NCBI GenBank assembly: GCA_001600695.1
Contig: BCKQ01000018.1
Location: forward strand, 54,818-118,817
From: Ascoidea asiatica JCM 7603
Lineage: Eukaryota; Fungi; Ascomycota
Direction: 5' to 3'
DNA: 64,000 nucleotides
Shown: positions 1 through 12,237 of the stretch, one piece after another
Layout of the letters: every line of letters starts with the position of its first letter
How positions within the stretch are numbered: the stretch's first letter is position 1
Notes under the pieces: generated by a model
Told to the model about the DNA's origin: nothing
Databases searched by the model: none
What the model saw: the letters and a program-made list of their open reading frames with translations, nothing else
Translations under genes and position numbers: made by a program

Positions 1-586
1 ATTGGAATGGAACCGAGATTAATGTTTTAAAGAAAAAAAAGTCAATGCAAGAAAATGGTAAAAAAAAAAAAAAGAGAGATAACCTTAAATGATTATAAAC
101 TAAATAATTATTATATTGTATATTCATTAGCAATTTGGCCTCGATATATATATACTTACTATATACTTACTAAAAAGTTTTTTATTTTAGGAAATTGATA
201 ATTAAAATGGTTAATATAAATTTATAAATCTTAATTGAATAATAAAAGACCTTTTAAATCTTATTTTTTTAATAATATTCAATTATTTTAAAATTTATCA
301 TATAATTTAGGTCTTGGTCTTGATCTTGGTCTCTTATTGAAATTTTAAATAATGTTTTATATATGTTTTATTTTATTTTATTTTATTTATAATTAAATAA
401 TTAATAGTCATTTATATGATTGAAAATATAGAAATTGATTAAAAATCATTTAAATATAAATTGAATTTGATTAATAAATTGATAGAAAGTAATTTGATAT
501 AAATAGTTGAAAATATTTATATATTTGAAATTACTTTTTATTTTATTTTATTTACATTCTAACTTTATCATTATATAATCACCAAA

Positions 587-940
587 ATGAATATCTCAGA
601 AATTCAAACATTTGATTATCCATTTGAAAATAATAAATCAATAATAACAAAAGCAAGATTACCATATATAATAATAAATAATAAAAATTTAAATAATATA
701 TTTTTATGTATTAGATTATTTTTTTTTAAAGAAATTAAAAATAATAATTTTAAAAAAATTTTAATAAATAATTTTATTGAATATTCAAAAATTTTTATAA
801 ATAAAAATTCAATTAAATTTATTGCAGAAATTTCAAATAATTTAATTAAATATTTAGGTATTTATGAAATTGAATTTAATATTTATAATTCTTTTGGAAT
901 TTTAATAATTTCAAAAAAAAATACATTTAATGTTATTTAA
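587..940 (+). CDS. Small orphan protein (117 aa), possible minimal velvet-like domain
   Basis: ATG in an A-rich context (accaaaATG). A 117-codon stop-free frame in ~85% AT DNA is unlikely by chance. The C-terminal pattern FIAEISNNLIKYLGIYEIEFNIY...IISKKNTFNV recalls velvet FxFxDLSVRxxGxYRLxFxL...SxxFxV. The family call is tentative. Confidence 0.55.
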   Translation: MNISEIQTFDYPFENNKSIITKARLPYIIINNKNLNNIFLCIRLFFFKEIKNNNFKKILINNFIEYSKIFINKNSIKFIAEISNNLIKYLGIYEIEFNIYNSFGILIISKKNTFNVI

Positions 941-1355
941 ATTAAATTATATTCAATTTGTTTATTAGAACAATTGAAAAAAAAAACATATATTATATTA
1001 TAAATCTCATTTAAGTGTTTTATATTTGCATTTCATTCTTTTTTTTTTTGCTAGATCTACTTCATTTCATTTCTTTGATTCAATTATATCTCATTCTTTT
1101 TGCATTTTTATTATACTTTACATATATTACTCACTTAAAATATTTTTTAGAATCTTTATATATCTCTTCTTCAATAAATACAATTAATACAATAAGCTTC
1201 AAAAGAAAACACCATTACATAATCATTACGTAATTATCCAACAGTTCTGAATTCCTGGATAAATAACAAAGAACTTAACAATGAAAAAGACAGAAAAGAC
1301 AGACCCTCAAAATGCAGCGCAACTTTAAAACGGCAGAACTGGCAAAGTTGACACA

Positions 1356-1592
1356 GACACAAAAAGACACAAAAAGACACATGATTCGGGTGTCCACCCA
1401 CACAGCTGGTTCTCTTCTTCTTCCCCTCCCGAGTGAACGTAAACGACCCATAATACCAGTGCAGTGGTTCTTGCTCCATTCCCAGTTTTGTTGAACCACT
1501 CCCAACCCAACAATCGACGCCCGCTGATCTCACCCTGTGAAAAGCACCAGACCTCTGCCAGACCTCTGCCAAACCCCTGCCAGACCCCTCCC
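1356..1592. promoter_or_regulatory. GC-rich FAA1 upstream island with tandem GACACAAAA (MSE-like) and 11-bp repeats carrying CCCCT (STRE)
   Basis: GACACAAAA at 1356 and 1366. ccagacctctg-type unit x4 at 1547-1590, the last two copies containing CCCCT. Confidence 0.4.
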
Positions 1593-1891
1593 ACGGTGGA
1601 ACTTCATTTCATTGCCACCCCCGACACCGACGGCTCTCGTGCGCTGAGTTTTATCATCAGGCTCTTTTCATTAGCACCTCGCATTTACTGCTTACTGTAC
1701 TGTACTATTTCTCATATTTTTCCTTTATTTATATTCTCATATTGCTCCATTAATTCATTTATCAACAAAAATATCGATAATTTATAAATTATATTATAAA
1801 TTATATTCTCTATACAAATAGACATTTCATTCAATATTCTATCTATCAATATATCTATTCATCAAATTAATTTATTTATATATATATATAA

Positions 1892-3994
1892 ATGTTTTCA
1901 AAACAATTAATTAATGTTCCAGTTGGTGAAGCAAAACCTGGAGAAACTGCTCCACGTAGAAATTATAGAACAAAAGATGCTGAAATAATAAGACCAAATG
2001 ATTCAAAAGCTTCAACTTTATATGAATTTATGATTGAATGTTTAAATAAAAATAAAAATTTAAATTGTATGGGTTGGAGAAATTTAATTGAAATTCATGA
2101 AGAAAAAAAATTAATTAAAAAAAAAATTAATGGTGAAATTAAAGAAATTGAAAAAATTTGGTTATATTATGAATTAAGTAATTATAATTATATTACAAAA
2201 TCTGAATTAAATATTTTATTTCATAATCTTGGTAAAGGTTTAATAAATTTAGGTTTAAAACCAAATTCTCAAGAAAAATTACATATTTTTGCTTCAACTT
2301 CTCAAAAATGGTTACAAATTTTTATGGCTTCATTTTCTCAATCTATACCAATTGTTACTGCTTATGATACTTTAGGTGAAAAAGGTTTAACACATTCTTT
2401 AGTTGAAACTGGTTCTTCTGCAATTTTTACAAATAATAATTTATTATCAAAATTAATTAATCCTTTAATTTCTTCAAAAAATGTAAAATTTATAATTCAT
2501 GATGAATTAATTGATCCAAATGATAAAAGACAAAATGGTAAAATTTTTAAATTTGCAAATGATGCAAAATTAAAAATTCAAAAAATTAGACCTGATATTC
2601 AATTTATAACTTTTAATCAACTTTTAAAATTAGGTGAAAAAAATTTAAAAAAAATTAATTTAAATTTACCAAAACCAAATGATATTGCTTGTATAATGTA
2701 TACATCAGGTTCAACAGGTATACCAAAAGGTGTAATTTTAACTCATAAAAATATTTTAGCAGGAGTTTCTGGTTTAACTGTAATTATTGATAAAACAAAA
2801 ATTAATGAAAATGATAAAATTATTTCATTTTTACCTTTAGCTCATATATTTGAATTAATGTTTGAATTTATTTCATTTTGGTGGGGTGGTATAATTGGTT
2901 ATGCAGGTGTTAAAACAATTTCTGATACATCTGTAAGAAATTGTGTTGGTGATATGAAAGAATTTAAACCAACTGTAATGGTTGGAGTTGCTGCAGTTTG
3001 GGAAGCAATTAGAAAAGGAATTTTATCACAATTAAATAATTTACCACCTTTAAGTCAAAAATTATTTTGGATTGCATTTAAATCAAAAATTTTTTTAAAA
3101 AATAATCATTTACCATTTTCAAATATTTTTGATATAATTTTTAAAAAAATTAAAGCTGCAACTGGTGGACAATTACGTCAAATTTTAAATGGTGGTGGAC
3201 CAATTTCTTTAGAAACTCAAATTTTTATTTCAACTTTAATTTCTCCATTATTAATTGGTTATGGTTTAACAGAAACTGTTGCAAATACAACTGTTTTAGC
3301 ACCTGATTATTTTGAATTTAATGTTGCAGGAATGTTAACTGGTTCAATTACTGTTAAATTAATTGATGTACCTGAAGCTAATTATTTTGCAAAAAATAAT
3401 CAAGGTGAAATTTTAATTCATGGTGCACCAGTAACTCCAGGTTATTTAAATAATGAAAAAGAAAATAAAGAAGCTTTTACAAATGATGGTTGGTTTTGTA
3501 CTGGAGATATTGGTGAATGGACTTCAACTGGACAATTAAAAGTTATAGATAGAAAAAAAAATTTAGTTAAAACTGCAAATGGTGAATATATTGCTTTAGA
3601 AAAATTAGAATCTAATTATAGATCAAATCCATTAGTTGCAAATATATGTTGTTATGCAGATCCAACAAAAGTTAAACCAATTGCAATTGTTGTTCCAAAT
3701 GAACCAATTTTAAAAAAACTTGCTGTTGATATTGGACTTTATAAAAATATTGAAGATGTTGAAATTCATGAAATTCTTAATAATAAAAAATTAAAAGATG
3801 CAGTAACAAAAGAATTAATTAAAACTGGTTCTGCTTTAGGTTTAGCTGGTATTGAACTTCTTTTAGGTGTTGTTTTATTAGATGAAGAATGGACTCCAGA
3901 TAATGGAATGCTTTCTGCTGCTCAAAAATTACAACGTCGTGTTATATTAGAAGATTGTAAAGATAAAGTTGAAGCTGTTTATAAAGAAAATTAA
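1892..3994 (+). CDS. FAA1: Long-chain fatty acyl-CoA synthetase (Faa1/Faa4 type)
   Basis: AMP-binding YTSGSTGIPKG, GYGLTE, GWFCTGDIG, IDRKKNLVKTANGEYIALEKLE. The N-terminus GEAKPGETAPRRN matches Faa1/4. No PTS1. Confidence 0.93.
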   Translation: MFSKQLINVPVGEAKPGETAPRRNYRTKDAEIIRPNDSKASTLYEFMIECLNKNKNLNCMGWRNLIEIHEEKKLIKKKINGEIKEIEKIWLYYELSNYNYITKSELNILFHNLGKGLINLGLKPNSQEKLHIFASTSQKWLQIFMASFSQSIPIVTAYDTLGEKGLTHSLVETGSSAIFTNNNLLSKLINPLISSKNVKFIIHDELIDPNDKRQNGKIFKFANDAKLKIQKIRPDIQFITFNQLLKLGEKNLKKINLNLPKPNDIACIMYTSGSTGIPKGVILTHKNILAGVSGLTVIIDKTKINENDKIISFLPLAHIFELMFEFISFWWGGIIGYAGVKTISDTSVRNCVGDMKEFKPTVMVGVAAVWEAIRKGILSQLNNLPPLSQKLFWIAFKSKIFLKNNHLPFSNIFDIIFKKIKAATGGQLRQILNGGGPISLETQIFISTLISPLLIGYGLTETVANTTVLAPDYFEFNVAGMLTGSITVKLIDVPEANYFAKNNQGEILIHGAPVTPGYLNNEKENKEAFTNDGWFCTGDIGEWTSTGQLKVIDRKKNLVKTANGEYIALEKLESNYRSNPLVANICCYADPTKVKPIAIVVPNEPILKKLAVDIGLYKNIEDVEIHEILNNKKLKDAVTKELIKTGSALGLAGIELLLGVVLLDEEWTPDNGMLSAAQKLQRRVILEDCKDKVEAVYKEN

Positions 3995-5288
3995 TCTTCT
4001 TTTTTTTTCTTTTTTTTTTTAATTTATTCTTTTTTTTTTTACTAAATTTGTTTAAAATAAAAAAACAAAATATTTCACTTCTTTTTTTCACTTTATCTTT
4101 TTGTTATTGTTTCTTTTTGTTTCTCATTCTTTGAGATTACTTATAACTTAATCTGTTTTAACATTTAATTTGTGCGCGCCTTATATAATACTTTTGTTTT
4201 AGCTTTTAAAATATATTTTGTTCAAAAAAGCTTTTGAATTTAATTTACATTTCTTCTTATAATTATTTATTGCTATGCTACTTTTGATTATATTAAAAAA
4301 AACAGGGGTTAGAAATAATTCAATCCAATTATTTGGGTCTTGATGTGGTTTGTGGGGGTGGCGTGCTTGGCCTCTGACGTATTTGCCACTATTTTGGAAA
4401 GAGGCCGAAAGCCATGTGACCTGTTATTATTTTTGATTTTGTATTTGTATTTGTATTTGTATTTGTATGTGAGCACAAAACCACCACAAAGCACTAAAAT
4501 AAAGGTTTATTTTCTTGTTTACCATTAATGCAATCATTTCACAAAGACAATAAAGAAGAAGAAGAATAAGAAGAAGAAGAAATAGTTCTTTGATCGGTTA
4601 TATGAAGATGAATTAGTAATAATTTTGGTGTCAATGAATCAGTGAATCCGGTTATAGCAGTTTAAAGTACTATTAATTAGTATCATACTAAATTATATTT
4701 TACCATTGGGCGTTTCGTAAATAGAGTAAAAATGGCTGTTTTTTGTAATTGAAGATAGAGTCTTATAAAAAATTTATTTATTTTCAATGAATAAAGAGGT
4801 TCATATTTTTACTTACTCACAATTTGTATATTCTCTGACTTCTTTTTTTTGGAAATGTTTTGTATAAAATTTGTCAAAATTTTGATAGCGCTTTGATAGC
4901 GCTTAGTCAAATAAGTTAGTTCAGATATGAATAATGAAAGAAGATATTGAATTTTAATCCATTTACAAAAGAAAAGATGGTTTTTTATTTTTAATAAAAG
5001 CATTATATTTAAAAATTGTTCATTAAATGAAATAAAAAAAAGTAAATAAAAAATAAAATTGAGGTATAATTTATATAAATCTAGCAAGAATGAAAAATAA
5101 TCGAAATTAATTGATTATTAAACTAATTAGAATAAATAGAGAAATCTATTGAAGAATGGAAAAAGAATAGAAGAAAAGAATAGAAGAAAATTGAGATATT
5201 ATTTTAATTTCAATTTATTTGAGGAATTCGACATTTTTGAATCATTATTAATTACCATTGAATTATCATAATTAATTTTTTTTAAAAG

Positions 5289-6599
5289 CTATATAAAAGA
5301 ATAAATTGATAATAAAAATGTTATAATAATTACAAATGTTATAATTAAATCAAATGTTGAAAAAACTTGAATAATTAATTTAAATAATGAATCAAAATCA
5401 AAATATTTTATAAATTCATTTAAATTATTTAAAGTTAATAATGATAATATATGATTTAATTTAAATTTAATTAATTGAATTAATAAATTTAATATAGAAT
5501 TTGAATTTGAATTTGAATTTGAATTTATACTATTTTCTAATTTTAAAAATGATAAAATTATTTGATTAATTGAATTAATTGATAAATTATTTAATTTTAA
5601 ATTATTAAATTTTAATATAATATTATTAAAATATAATGAATTTGATTTTGAATTTAAATCAATAAAATAAATTAATCCAGTAATATTATAAAAAATATTT
5701 TGAAATAAATTATTAAATAATATTAAAATTTCTATAATTATTAAAGATTTAAAAAAATTTAAAAGTAAATGAAAAATATTATTTTTTTTAAATTTTAATG
5801 AAATTTTTTTATTTGATTTTAAAATTATAAAAAAATTAAATATAAAAATAAATGTGAAATAAATTGAGAATAATTTATTTGTTGAATATATTGAATTGAA
5901 TATAAAATTTGAGAAAAGAATAAAATTATTAATTCTTTTAATTAATTTTATTATTGCTAATTTATTTGAATGAGTAATTAAAATTTCTTTATCTCCAATT
6001 TCAAAAAATGATGATGATGAGGAAGAAGATGATGACGAGTGAGAAGAAGGTTTGAATAAAAGATTATCTTTTCTTATATCTGACTTTTTCTTGAAATCAA
6101 GTTCATAATCTAATTCATAATCATAATTTTCTTCCAATTCTTGTTCTATATCTTGTTCTTGTTCATGTTCATGTTCATGAAAATGATCTTCTTCTGGATA
6201 ATAACCTTCTTGATCTTCATCTTGAATTGAATCTGGATCATAATAATAATCTACACCAAATGGAGTTGAAATTTGTGAAGAAATTGAAATGGAATTTGAA
6301 TTTGAATTTGAATTTGAATTAATTAATGAATTATAAAATATATAAGAATATAATAATAATTGAATTGATAAAATTATAATTAAATTAAATATAAATAAAT
6401 TTAATAAATTTGATTCATAATTAAAAAAAGATTTTTCATTAATACAATTTTCTATATTTTCATTATTTTCTATTTCATCTTTTTCATCAATATCTTTTAA
6501 ATCTTTGATGTCTTTGATATCTTTAATATCTTTAATATCTTCCATTTTTTCGATATTTTTATGATTATTAGAGAAAATATTATTGAAGAAAGTTAACAT
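5289..6599 (-). CDS. Orphan multi-pass membrane protein with an acidic/His-Glu tract
   Basis: 436-codon ORF with genome-typical codon usage, several hydrophobic stretches (e.g. LFIFNLIIILSIQLLLYSYIF and the C-terminal LIITFVIIITFLLSIYSFI) and a D/E/Y-rich loop. Confidence 0.7.
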   Translation of the reverse strand: MLTFFNNIFSNNHKNIEKMEDIKDIKDIKDIKDLKDIDEKDEIENNENIENCINEKSFFNYESNLLNLFIFNLIIILSIQLLLYSYIFYNSLINSNSNSNSNSISISSQISTPFGVDYYYDPDSIQDEDQEGYYPEEDHFHEHEHEQEQDIEQELEENYDYELDYELDFKKKSDIRKDNLLFKPSSHSSSSSSSSSSFFEIGDKEILITHSNKLAIIKLIKRINNFILFSNFIFNSIYSTNKLFSIYFTFIFIFNFFIILKSNKKISLKFKKNNIFHLLLNFFKSLIIIEILILFNNLFQNIFYNITGLIYFIDLNSKSNSLYFNNIILKFNNLKLNNLSINSINQIILSFLKLENSINSNSNSNSNSILNLLIQLIKFKLNHILSLLTLNNLNEFIKYFDFDSLFKLIIQVFSTFDLIITFVIIITFLLSIYSFI

Positions 6600-8673
6600 T
6601 TTGATATATTGAATTAAAAATAATGAATGAATATGGATATGAATATGAATATAAATATAAATATAAATATGAAAGAATAAAATAAAAAAATAATATATAA
6701 AGCAATTGAAGATTTAAATGAGTAAGTAATAAAATCAATGGAATAAATATCATTTATATATCTCAAATATCGGAAACATTACAAACATTATAAACATTGA
6801 AAACATTATAATATATATAATACTGTATAACAAAGATCATTTGTATAACATTATAAGATTATAACATTATGAGATTAATTTATATAACATTATTGCTTTT
6901 AAAAATGTAATGATATAAAAATTGAAATTAAATTAATTTTGGATTAATTTGGATTAATTTGGATAAAACGTGAATGGACCTAAATTTCTTAAAAGCGAGC
7001 TAAGGTTAATTTTAAAAACTCAAAATTATTTTACGGAAGATAATTTAATTTAAAAAGTATATTAAAAAACTTATTTTGGATTTTACACTTGGAGAAATTT
7101 TACAATCATTCAATAATTTCAATTATTAAAATTAATCAAGCTTTTAATTGTTTTTGAAGATATTATAAAATTTGTCAATAGCAAAAAAAAAGGAGTTGTT
7201 TAAAGAAAGTAATATTACTATTACTATTATTTCACTGTCTCATACGCCAAAAATAGTGTAAATTAGATAGAACTTGAAAAGAGAAAGTAAATTGCTTAAT
7301 ACATGAGACTTCTAGATTTCTTTTTTATATTCATTTCAAGGAGATTGAAAAATATTTGAAATGATTGGAGTTTTAAACCATTTCTTTGTTGGAATTACCA
7401 AGAAATTAATGAATCTAAATCTGAGATATTTCAAGTATTTGAAATTATTCCAATATTTTACTCATAGCACTAATGAATAAAGTGTTATTCAATTATTCAT
7501 TTATTTCCAATATAATTGAATGTGAATTGTATGTGAACAATACGATTCAAAAGACATGCAGTGCCAAGCAGTGGGTTGTAACGAACAAGAAATCTTTGTT
7601 CGGTAAACTCAATTTTTCTATGCAATTAAGGCTGTTTGTCGAGATTGATGTTCGGTAACAATGTTTGTATTCAGAAAATGTAGCCCAACAGGGACTCGGT
7701 GTGGCGTTTCCGGGTCCACCCCACGGCAAGTTGCAGCATCGACGTGGGAGCCAAACTCATCCCCAGACCAAAGAAAAGCAGAAGTCTGTAGCAGCGGGCC
7801 CCTGCCGACGGAAGCTGGTGCGTTTTTCGGACACAACCGTCAGGCAACGGTCACGTTAAAGCGTGAAGCACGTTCCAACAATGTGTCAAAAGTAGAAATT
7901 CGCCGGCTTGATAATGTAGCAAATACTCTAACAAACTGAAATTGCTCTCCCACGTGTCTGTGCAATAACTATGTTTGTCCTTGTTTGGTGCAGATAGTTA
8001 CAAGTTAAGGGACAAATTATTTTATGTATTTCTACTCATATTCATGTGGGTGCAAGTAAATTATAAAAAACCAGACACAAGGATCTAATAATTTTGTTTA
8101 CGTAATAAGTTACATAATAATAATTATAGAAAAAAAAGAGTCCATGATTCTGGTTGTTGTTATGCACGTGCCTTTCTTTATCTCCTTTTTGTTTCAAAGT
8201 GCAGCTAAAAAAGCATCTCCTCCAACTTCAGAGAGTGAGTGTGACTTATCTGTATTGAATTAAGTATATTTATTTTATTTTATTTATTATCTACATTTTG
8301 GTAAATACTAAGTTGAACTGACTGTATTTTAAATATATTATCACTATATTTATTCTATTTATTTCAAAAAATATATTTATATATTCTTCATATATATTAA
8401 ATATCTCATATCCCATCTTTAATATTTATTATCTCTTCTATATCTTTGTTCAAATTTCTAGGTTGAAGTTTTCCGTTTTCTTTTACATAACTTATAAATT
8501 CAAATAACATTCTCACCTTATCTTAAGATCAATTTTTTTATTGTTTATCAAAATTCTTTTCTTTTTCTTAGTTTGTTTATAAATTAATATTAATAAATAA
8601 TAATAAATAATAATAAATAATAATAAATAATAATAAATAATAATAATATCAATAAATTATATTTTAAAAAAAA

Positions 8674-9399
8674 ATGTTTTCATATTTTTTTGGTGGATCA
8701 ACTCAAGCTAAAAAAGATTCTGCAAAAAAGGCTATTGTTGATTTAAGAGAACATATATCAATGTTAAATAAAAAAATTAATCATATAGAAAATCAAATTG
8801 AAGAACAAGATAAAATTGCAAGAAAAAATATTACAATAAATAAAAATTTATCAAAAGCTGCTTTAAAGAAAAAAAAAATATATTCATCTCAATTAGATAA
8901 ATATCAATCTCAAATAGATTCTTTAGAAAGTCAATTAATTGCAATTGAAAATGCAAATTTAAATTTAGAAACTATGAAAGCTATGAAACAAGGTGCAAAA
9001 GCTATGAAACAAATTCATGGTGATTTTAATGTTGATAAAGTTGAAAATACTATGGATGATATTAGAGATCAAATAGATTTATCAAATGAAATTTCTGATG
9101 CAATCTCAAGACCTTTAGGTCAAGATCTTGCTGATGAAGATGAATTAGAAGATGAATTAGCTGAATTACAATTAGAACAATCTCAACCTATTGCAAATAC
9201 AAATACAAATACAAATACAAATACAAATACAAATATTATACCTCAAGAATTTATTAAAGATAAAATACAGAAACAACCATCAACAAAATTACCTTCAGTT
9301 CCAGATTTACCATCTCCTGTTAAACAAAAGAAATATATTGAAGAAGATGATGAAGATGAAGAAGCTCTTAAAGCTTTACAAGCTGAAATGGGTCTTTAA
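8674..9399 (+). CDS. SNF7: ESCRT-III subunit Snf7/Vps32
   Basis: [50 protein letters not shown] and the C-terminal [15 protein letters not shown]. Confidence 0.96.
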   Translation: MFSYFFGGSTQAKKDSAKKAIVDLREHISMLNKKINHIENQIEEQDKIARKNITINKNLSKAALKKKKIYSSQLDKYQSQIDSLESQLIAIENANLNLETMKAMKQGAKAMKQIHGDFNVDKVENTMDDIRDQIDLSNEISDAISRPLGQDLADEDELEDELAELQLEQSQPIANTNTNTNTNTNTNIIPQEFIKDKIQKQPSTKLPSVPDLPSPVKQKKYIEEDDEDEEALKALQAEMGL

Positions 9400-9813
9400 T
9401 AAATAATATTTTTATCTTTTCATTATATTAGATCTATATCATTTTTATTCTCATATTACTTTTTTAATATCTTTCTCTAATAATCTTTAGATTATGCTTT
9501 TTTTTTTTTTTATTTTATTTTATTTTATTTTATTTTATTTTATTTTAATTTTGATTTGATTTTTGTTTGCTTTTTTACTTTTTTACTTTTTTTTTTTTTA
9601 TTCTTTCATCTCTTTTTTTATATATTTCTTTAATAATTTTTTCTTTCTTAACGTTCACAATATTCAAAATATTCATAATCTTACATAATTATTATCATTT
9701 TTGTAAACGTTATTTAATCATATGTACTATGATTTCATAATTAATTAAACATAAATTAAATACTATATATTAAATTAATCAAATCTTACATATTTATTTG
9801 TTTATAAACAAGT

Positions 9814-11076
9814 TTAATAAGCTTCTATTCTAGAATTTTCAAGTTTTTCATTATTTTCATTATTTTTTATTGGTTTTGTTGTTGTTAAAGAAAAAGAAGA
9901 AGAAGAAGAAGATGATGATGATAAATCTAATAATATTAAAGTATCATTTTTTAAACCATCTTTAACAAATTCAATTAATTTTTTTTGTCTATTTGAAACA
10001 ATTATACTTTTTTCAATAAATTCTAATCTTCTATTTAAAATTTCATCTTCTTTTTTAATTTCAAATAATTTACTTAAATCTTCAATAGAATTCATTAAAC
10101 CAGATTGACTTTGTTCAAAAATTATTGAACTATTAATATTTGAATCAAGATAATATGAAAGACAATATGACCATTTTAATAAATTTCTTGATTGAATTAA
10201 AGTTTTTATAGAATCTTTTAAAAAATCAAATTCAATATATGATTTACCAGTTTTAATTTGTAATTTATTTATAGTTTTTTCAATTTTTTTAAAAATTTTA
10301 AAATCTTGTTTTATTGAAATTTCATGATTTTGAAAACGATCATAATAATGCATATATTTTTTTAAAGATTTTCTTAAAATTTCTTTATTATCATTAATTT
10401 CTTGATTTTCTTTTTCATCAAATTTACTACAATTATAAAAATCAGAACCATGAGATGACCAAGGACCAAGACAAATCCAACAAAATTGATGATGACATTT
10501 ATTACAAGTCATATGATTACAACCACCATTTTTTTCAATTGAAGATAAACATTTTGGACATTCTTTTGTATTAACATTAATCCAATTTATTGTTTCAGAA
10601 TCATCTTTACATTTTTTTATCCAATTTTTTGAAATATTACATGGAGATGGATAATGATTTTCAAAACGACAATTTAAACAAAAACTATGATGATTAAAAC
10701 ATAAACATATTGGTAAATCAATATTTTCATTAATTTTTTTAAATTTGTTATTATTATTAATATTATTAATATTATTAATAGAAATTGAATTAAATAAATT
10801 TTGATTAGGTTGAATAATTGAAGTACAATCAGGAGCTGGACACCAAATTAAATTTTTATGAGAATTTATATAAAATTTAGTTAAAGATTGTAAATAATTT
10901 GAAGATAAATTTGAATAATTATTTATATTAAATTTATAATCATTAATATTATTTCTAATTAATAAAGGATTTTGAATACAATAATTAATTGATTTTAAAG
11001 AAAATGATGATTTTTTATTTTTATTTTTAAATATTATAGGTTTTGTACCAATAAAATTATTAAATTCAATATTTTG

Positions 11077-11109
<33 letters not shown>

Positions 11110-11167
11110 TATATTTTCTCGATTATCAATATCTTCATTATCAGTGATATCATCGTCATCATCATCG

Positions 11168-11203
<36 letters not shown>

Positions 11204-11586
11204 GAATAAAATATATAATCTCTTTCTTTTATTTCTTTTAATTTTTGTTTTCTTAATTTTCTTATTTCTAATAATTTTTTTTTTAATAATAAAGAATCAT
11301 CAATATCATTATTTGAATAATTATAATAAACATTTTTAATATTATTTATGTTAATATTTGAATTAAAATTATATAAATTATTAAAATCAGATAAAGTATA
11401 ATAAGAATTACAATTATCATAAGGACATTTAATTAAATAAAGATTATTTAATAATTTTTGATTAATATATTTTAATTGACAATCTAAACAATATAAAACA
11501 TTATGATTTTTACAATTTAAATTATAAAAATTTAATTTTTCTTCACAACATATTGAACAAAATTCTTTATTTTTATTTATTATAAA

Positions 11587-11639
<53 letters not shown>

Positions 11640-12237
11640 CTTTTGAATTGATATTATTATGATTTTTAATAAAAGAAATAAATTTAGAATAATTATTATT
11701 AATATTATTATTATTATTATTAATATTATTATTATTATTATTTGGAAATGAGAAATAAAATTCTTCTAAAATATCAGTATTCCAATTAAAATATAATAAT
11801 AATAAAAGTGTTAAATCAAATGATAAATCTAAAATTGAAGTATAAGTATTAATAATTTTAAATATATTTTTTATAATAAATTGATTTAAAGTTAAAGTTT
11901 TATATTTTAAAGAGATTTTATTAAAATTTGAATTTGAATTTGAATCTTTAATTGAAATTGAACTATCTTGAGTATCTTGAGTATCTTGAGTATCTTGAGT
12001 ATCTTGAGTATCTTGAGTATCTGAATGAGATATTTGTTTTGGTTGAAATTGAATATTATTATCAGTATTATTATTTAAATCATATATATCATCATTTTCA
12101 AATTTATAATCTTCTTTAATTTCTTGATTTTGATTTTGATTTAAATCTTGATTTAAATCTTGATTATAATCTTGATCATAATCATCATATTCAAAGACTT
12201 CTTCTTCACCTTCTGAGTTTATATAAGTATTATCCAT
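9814..12237 (-). CDS. HEL1: RBR (RING1-IBR-Rcat) ariadne-type E3 ubiquitin ligase; true ATG at 12237 (the track's 12246 start is TTG)
   Basis: Acidic N-terminus, RING1 CSICC...CPYDNC, IBR WCPAPDC...HSFCLNC...H..SPC, Rcat TKECPKC..IEKNGGCNHMTC..C.HQFCWICL, Ariadne KYMHYYDRFQNHE. Confidence 0.88.

Noticed and set aside
1234-1787. Cluster of short overlapping ORFs (also at 7473-7939, 12558-13101, 16852-17657, 27449-27814, 41927-42133, 52347-52577, 55365-55607)
   Set aside because: They arise because GC islands are depleted of stop codons. Codon usage is atypical, they occur in several frames and strands at once, many use non-ATG starts and none has a recognisable motif.
7660-7930. SRP RNA / RNase P / MRP candidate in a GC island
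   Set aside because: No SRP helix-8 or P4 consensus was recognisable. It resembles the other promoter islands; an Infernal scan would settle it.
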